DNA of 64,000 nucleotides. Origin: Podarcis melisellensis. Lineage: Eukaryota. The DNA is taken from NCBI GenBank assembly GCA_964234715.1, contig OZ174290.1; one strand, written 5' to 3'. The position numbers and the translations under genes are program-made. Position 1 is the stretch's first letter. Every line of letters starts with the position of its first letter. Shown in pieces: positions 57,271-64,000 of this stretch. The notes beneath the pieces were generated by a model. The model was not told the DNA's origin. It made no database searches and saw only the letters and a list, made by a program, of their open reading frames with translations.

Positions 57271-60219
57271 GCAATACAGTCATGGTGCTATGCACGAACA
57301 ACAACAACAACAATGTTATTATTTTGGCTATATGGGTCCAAACATGACACCTTCCCATTGGCTGAATGAAGAAGAGAAGAATCCTGTGAAGGATGGAGAA
57401 GCCTCGCTTTCGCATTAAGAGCGTTGATTGCTTGTTTTCCCAACACAGTTCAGTCGCTCTGCTTATCAAAGAGCCCTTCAATCAAATCTCATTACATTAG
57501 TTAGTGCTGAATTGATGTCACTGCCAAAGAATTTCCTCTTGGCTTGGCCTGTCTGCTGCAACACGCTGATGGCAAGTTGGAGACATCTACATATTTGCAA
57601 AGTTGAAACTCCTTGGATACATCCTGTGTTTGTTTGTTTCACTTTAAATGGAAATGAATTAGTTTTTTTTTGGGGGGGGGCATTCTGAAATGTTTGGAGA
57701 GTCTCCTGGCAGTGGTGCACATGGGTGCGGTCACCTTGAACATGGATGCGCACATCCCAGTATAAACGGCAGAGTGGGCAAGTTGGTAGGATTTAGGGGA
57801 AACTACACCTGTCTGTGATCCTGAAGGAAAGAACTGCCCATGGCTGGAGCCACCATGATGCTCAGGAATGCACAGAGCAAGGCTCTCCAACCCAGGTGGT
57901 TTCCCATGCTGCAATGTACACCTGCCATGCTTCTTGCAGAAGCACGCTAAACATTTCCTGCAGCTCTGAACGTAGCAGCTTCTGACATCCCCTTCGGAGA
58001 GGAAACGGGAGCTTGTGTTCTGTTTCTAGTATATTTGCCTGCTTTGAATTCATTTTATTGTCTTTCTGAATTTTGTGAGCTGCCCAGGGAATTGTATTGA
58101 AGGATGTGGTACTATTCCCTCGACTAAAGAAACAATCCCAGCTGTAGTAGAGTCCAGGACACTGATAGGCCAAGATAGGTGGCAGTTGTTGCATGAAAGT
58201 GGTGGTGAGGTGTTATAAGAGAGCCTTCCCATGGCCCCCTAAGCTAGCCTGCTGCTCTCAGGATGATGCTTTCGCAGTGTCAAAATAAAATTCAGCTGCC
58301 AATCCAATCAGCTTCTGTATCTGAAATGGGGGGAGGCTATCTTGTCCTTCACCTCTGGCTGCAGAATGCCTTAAGCCAGCCTTAGGAGCCAAGTCCTGGG
58401 GGCTGAGGTTCCTTCGGACCCCCAATAAAATATTTGAGAGAGGCCAGCTCCCTCAAAGTTGATGGGCATTGCCTGGCTCCCCCCAGTATTTTATCCAACT
58501 AGGCTGGATGGGAATCTGGGATGCTCTCCCCATGGGTAACTACATTTGGGCATGTCTTGTGATTATTTCAGACCAATGGAACTGTAGAGGCCTAGCCTGT
58601 AGTTTAGCATTGGAACTTTATGGTTTTTTTGAGTAGTTCTGCTGGTGAGAGCTCCAAACCAAATGAGTGGAATGTCTGAGCATAGACTTCTGCACATATA
58701 TGTACTCAAATCCAAATTGAGATATGGAAGATCCTTGCAGATCTGGGAATAAATGTTGTTTCCAAGCAAATAAATACATCCACCTTGCTTGCAACCAGGA
58801 TCTGTTCAGGAACTTCCTGTGCTTTCTGGGGGCTTTAGACCAGGAGTAACCAATGCCTAGCTTCTGTTGGGATCCAAGCACCATCAGGCTCAACCAGCTC
58901 AGCCAACAGTCTTGGATGATGAGAGTTGGAGTCCAACAACATATTGAAGGCACCATGTTGGCTTTGGAGATGATGTGCTATAAGGATAAGGTATTTTATC
59001 TGCAGTACATCATTCAACCACCAGATGTACTTGTACACTCACAGAATACACTTTTAGGGCACAGCGACTGGGGAAAGAAGAGGACATGGATCCAATTTTC
59101 CTGCTCAAGTGAGAATCTCTGTGTAGGGAAAAACCCCCACCATGCACAGTTCTTGAGAAGAAGTGTGCAGAAAGTGTTGAGGCAACTACAGAGGTCATAA
59201 AGCCACTCACTGCATCAACCGTATGTTTGTGGCAGGATAAATTCTGATGCCATTTTTCTGAAGTTACGATGTGCAAGACGAAATCATCTCTGTGTTGAAC
59301 AACATTATGTGTGAGATGGGACTCCTGTCCAATGTGGCAATGCACCACAAAGTGGTCATGGGGGGACTTCTTCCATGTAGGATTTTTGTCTGGACCTAAA
59401 GCAGGAGCAGGCCGATTTTAGGCTTGTTGGATCTCTTTTGTATTCCGCTAGAACCCCAAGATCTACTAACCAGAGCCATGTGCAAAGTACATATAAGTAG
59501 AATTAAAGAACAGGGGGCCTCTCAAAACATTCTGAGCCTAGGACTTTGTTTTCACCAGCAGTGCTAGTGGGTTATTATTTATTTTTTTCAACAGCTGAAT
59601 TTAAGTGGGAAACCAGTGTCTGACTGGAATATCTTCTGAGAGCCACTTATAGATGTCACCTTGGGCTCCATGATGGAAGAAAGGTGGAGTATTCGTGTAA
59701 GAAGATGTATTTATTATTCGCTGTATGGATAGTGACTGGTCTTGAGAATTCTTTGACATCTTACTGACACAAGACTAGGGCTTTTTTTCAGCCAGAACTT
59801 ATTGGAACTCCATTCTAGCACCTCTCAGATGGGCACCATTGCCATTATAAGAGAACAAGGGAAATGTTCATGGTGAGTTCCAGCACATTATTTTTTTTAT
59901 AGAAAAATAGCACTGCATAAGACACATATTGGATCCTTGGAAAGATGGGTTGAGCCAGGAGGTTGTAAGTTACCTCAGAGTTGTGTCTATGAATTGGCTA
60001 TCAATAAAATCCTAGCTGTTTCCTCTGGCTTTCCATTGTATTGTTTCTATTACATAAAGGATATGATTCCAGCTCTTCTGAATTCCAGGAGGCACACATT
60101 GTCTTGACTCATCATGCATGTTCTTTGTAACCATAGCAAGGGTAACACCTCTAGGAGCCTCCTTTTTCAGAGTCATGGTGAACACGTCTCCAAAAAGGTA
60201 TATATCTTAATTAGGCAAC

Positions 60220-60221
<2 letters not shown>

Positions 60222-60277
<56 letters not shown>
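60222..60277. repeat. (AT)n microsatellite inside a larger palindrome
   Basis: Seen directly. Confidence 0.95.
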
Positions 60278-60279
<2 letters not shown>

Positions 60280-60599
60280 CCTAATTAAAAAAAGGCATTT
60301 AACTTAATTAGGCAGTAGATAGTTAGACATGGGTTAACTTGGCTGGTGGAAATATTTATATCCAGACCCAAGGCAGCTTAACAACCATCCTAAGAAACAG
60401 TGAACAACACACACCAATCAAACCAGCAGCTGAAGTAACTATGGACAGGGGAGAAATTCACTTAAGTTTGCATTTAAATACTTCCCTCCCCCATTCACAC
60501 TTCCTGAAACAATACCTGCAATGCACTTCCTTCAGTGTTGCAGCTCTGACTATTGCAATGCCGTTCTCCAATTAAATGACATGTACAAAAAAAAAGTTA

Positions 60600-60857
60600 C
60601 CGTATTTTTCACCTCTATAAGACACACCAGACCACAAGACGCACCTAGTTTTTGGAGGAGGAAAACAAGAAAAAAATATTCTGAATCTCAGAAGCCAGAA
60701 CAGCAAGAGGGATTGCTGCGCAACGAAAGCAGCAATCCCTCCTGCTGTTCTGGCTTCTGGGATAGCTGTGCAGCCTGCATTCGCTCCATAACACACACAC
60801 ATTTCCCCTTACTTTTTAGGAGGGAAAAAATGAGTCTTATACAGCAAAAAAATACAG
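60600..60857. mobile_element. Tc1/mariner (pogo/Tigger-like) MITE with internal hairpin
   Basis: TA|CCGTATTTTT..TATAAGAC ... GTCTTATA..AAAAATACAG|TA. Confidence 0.8.
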
Positions 60858-61900
60858 TATATTAGGGGAAAGAATGTACCGTATATCAATGCATGTAGTA
60901 AAACTAACGCACCAAAAATGCATCATATTTAGGGAAATACGGCAATGTGTATGTTACCCTCTGGTTTCTTATTCTTCATTCTTGTTGAAGTACTTAAATA
61001 CTTTCTGATATTTAGGATTGTAATTTGGTGTGCTGGTATGCTCTTGTTATTTCATTCTGCAACTCCGTATTGCCTTTCCTTTTTCTTTGTCACCTCCTTG
61101 TTTTTCCCCTGTCTATGTGTTTTTGTATGTAATGAAAATTCAATAAAAAGCTTTTTCTAAACCAAACAAACAATATGTATATTGAGAGAAAATGCATATC
61201 TGAGGAAATCTGCACTAAAAATTGAACGAATTTTCAAGAGCACATTAAAAAAACCCCCAAATAATTCCCAAACTAACGTCTGTAATGTGGTGAACTCTAA
61301 AGCTGCTAGAATGAGAAACGCAGAAACCAAAATGGACAGATTTGTCTATCTCTTGTAAAAGCAGACATAAGTGATATTAAATTATCCAAGAACACCCTTA
61401 CTGAAAAGTATATCTGAAGAGTGTTGATGTTGGTTTTAGTTGATGCCTAAATTAACAAAGAGAAGGAGCTATCTGGATCTCCTGTAATATGCCCAGCCTG
61501 GGTGTCACCAACAAGGCTGATGTCACTGATCAAGCTGGGTGCCACTAACCAGGAAGACATGGGAGAAAATGCTGGGGTGCCCTTGGGGGTGGCCCTGGGA
61601 AGATCAGCTCTTTTCCGCTCCATCCCAGTGGTTCCCAAACCTTTTCCAGCCACCGCCCCTTAGTTCCACAAACTCTTCCCCAGTGCCCCTACCCTATACA
61701 AAGCATGATTCATTATTCGGTTTGCACGACCCACTAAAGAAGATAACACAGCAAAATTCAAAACAGTAACAATTAATTGCACATTTATTCCAAATCCAAT
61801 TTAAACTGTTTAGATTAATTAATTCAGCATAATGGATGGATTTGATCCAGTGATAACAGCTTTTCAAAGTCTAATAGTCAGCGTCCCCCTTGCCTCTTAG

Positions 61901-62864
61901 CAGTGGCATAGCGTGGGTTGCCGGTGACCAGGGCTGCTCAGAGGGGTGTGGGGGAGGCAGGGAAATGGACAGACCACTCAACTGCCTAAAGGCATCTCTG
62001 TCACCCAGGAGATCTCAGCTGCAGAGATAAGAAAAGAAGAGTCATTCTGTTGTCCGGAGAGGTTGCTTCCTGGTTTGTGTGGAGAAGCCGTTTTCTTTTC
62101 TCCCCCTCCCCCAATTTTTTAAATTATATTTTTCAAATTTATAACAAACATAAACAAAAAACATCAAGCAAACAAACAAACAAACAAACATATATCCTAA
62201 CTATAAAAATTCCACTTTTGTTATCATTGTTGGGTGACTTCCTCGAGTCCCCCTGGCTGAGTTTCCATATAAATCATTGTAGCAGTTTTCCAAAACTAAT
62301 TTCACATAAAATTTACTTGATCCATTAACCTCTTTCTTTCTTATCATTTTAACTTTTATCGATAGTATTCTACAACATCACATATTTAAATCCTAGGCCA
62401 ATCTGATACTCACAAGTAATTCTATTTAATTTATCTTAACATATTTAACTAAATAATCTTTGAATTTCTTCCAGTCCTCTTGATACTTTTCCTCCTTCTA
62501 GTCACGGACTCTTCCGGTCAGGTTGGCTAGCTCTGAAAAATCCATCATCTTCATCTGCCATTCCTCCACTGTTGGTACTTCTTGTGATTTCCAGTTTTTG
62601 GCCAGCAAAATTCTAGCAGCAGTTGTGGCATACAAAAACAATCTGACATCTTTCTTGGGCAATTCCAAACCTATTATTCCAAGTAGAAAGGCTTCTGGTT
62701 GCTTAATAAATGTATATTTCAACATTTGGAGAAGCCGTTTTCAGTGGAGCCCAGCAACGGAAGCGTACAGCTGTTCTGAGGCAGCCCCAGGTGTTGAAAT
62801 TTTTTGCCCCTAACAATTTTCCACCTGGGGCAATTGCCCCCTGTGCCCCCAAGCTACATCACTG
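61901..62864. mobile_element. hAT-type non-autonomous element (inner)
   Basis: CAGTGGCATAGC ... GCTACATCACTG TIRs; perfect 8-bp TSD CCTCTTAG (61893-900, 62865-72). Confidence 0.85.
62096..62726 (-). mobile_element. 5'-truncated L1 LINE
   Basis: ORF2 C-terminus (PEAFLLGI..YATTAARILLAKNWKSQEVPTVEEW); 16-bp TSD TGGAGAAGCCGTTTTC (62080-95, 62727-42). Confidence 0.9.
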
Positions 62865-63692
62865 CCTCTTAGCACCTTCCCAGGTGCTGCCCACTCTGGG
62901 AAACACACGGCTCTGTCCTGAGTTATGCTTCCAGGTCATGCTCTCCTGTGATGGGATGCTGGCGAGTGAAGGGAACACATGCAAAAGTACAGGCTTGTAA
63001 CATGATAACACAACTGAGTAAGAAAGTATGATTGGGATTGCTATTATTTTCCACTTACGAATCACTTCCACCGAAGTACCTCAAATATACATAAGGCAAA
63101 CAAGGCTGTGCTTTTCCCCACAACACCATCTTTATGAGCAGTAAACAAATGAGTAGACTCGGAAGGAGCGTGTTGTCTGGATAATGAGCCCGACTTTGTA
63201 GCCCAGGAGATGAGCCACACAAGTGATCCCTTGTGTGCTCGTCTCCTGACTGGAGGTCTTTTGTCTTTATCTCGGAACAGAACAGCTGGGTTACTTGAGC
63301 CAAAGCAATGCCTCTTTTAAACCCAAGAGCCAGGCCGGCTTTGAAATATTTCCCTGGTAATGGGGGCTGCCAGGCCGTGAGCTGCCTCTTGGGCAATTTG
63401 CTCGTACAGAGTTTCATCTGTTGCTTAATGAGCCCTGGAAGGGTCAAAGCACTTGAGTTCTGCGGTCGGAAAAAAAAGGCCCCCAAGAACTGATGATAGC
63501 TGAGTATCTTAAAATGGAAAGTCAGGAGGAAGGGATGGGAGAGGGCATGCAGAATGAGCAGTAAATCATGGTGAGCTGTTGACACATTGCAAAAAAAAAA
63601 AAAAGAGGAAAATGTTGCAGGAGGGATGGAGGAAGACTGGCCTGGTATGATGTGCCTGTGACAGTTAAAGAGATTTGACAAACTGAGAACCA

Positions 63693-64000
63693 CGCTGGTT
63701 GTAGTGGTTAGAGCGCCAGGCTGTTAAGACCTGGGAGAGATCAAGGTTCAAATCCCTTCTCAGCCATGAAGCTCACTAGGCCTAGTCACTACCTCTCTCA
63801 GACTAACCTGCCTCAGAGGGTTGTCGTTGTGGGGATTAAATAGGATCTGGGAGAAACCAGGGGTTCAAATCCCCATTCAGCCACGGGGCTCACTGAGTGA
63901 CCTTGGGTCAGTTGCTGCTTACCTCACAGGGTTGTTGTGGACATTAGATGAGGAGGGAGAGAACCGCATATGCCACGTTGAGCTCCTTGGAGGAAAAGGT
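63693..64000 (+). mobile_element. Two tandem tRNA/CORE (MIR/Squam3-like) SINE fragments
   Basis: gtagtggttagagc..ggttcaaatccc..cagccatgaagctcact..cctcacagggttgttgtg. Confidence 0.7.

Larger units (their letters stand above)
61626..62910. mobile_element. hAT-type non-autonomous element (outer)
   Basis: CAGTGGTTCCCAAA ... CTGGGAAACAC ends; degenerate 8-bp TSD ctccatcc/ctctgtcc. Confidence 0.6.

Noticed and set aside
63055-63693. 212-aa minus-strand ORF
   Set aside because: Crosses a poly-A run, no recognisable motif or splice structure

Overview
Vertebrate (squamate, most likely lacertid lizard, judged from Sauria/Squam-type SINEs and BovB) genomic DNA with two assembly gaps. Bases 81-20150 hold the last 13 coding exons and 3' UTR of APLP2 (+): acidic region, KPI, E2, the 36-nt glycosylation-switch exon, transmembrane segment and YENPTY tail. 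Convergent with it is a complete 289-aa TMEM45B-like gene (- strand, 5 coding exons, 22916-30805; possible non-coding exon 1 near 34.7 kb). It is intact but lacks several family-conserved histidines. From about 35 kb to the end I found no gene, only nested transposons and a few repeat-free candidate enhancers. Main observations: the His-depleted TMEM45B-like protein next to APLP2; a solo LTR between the two 3' ends; a TSD-flanked, ORF-less L1-like element that keeps both L1-type ends; a ~290-bp inverted local copy inserted into an (AAT)n tract; several palindromic structures. Family assignments and human comparisons are from memory of known sequences, not from searches.
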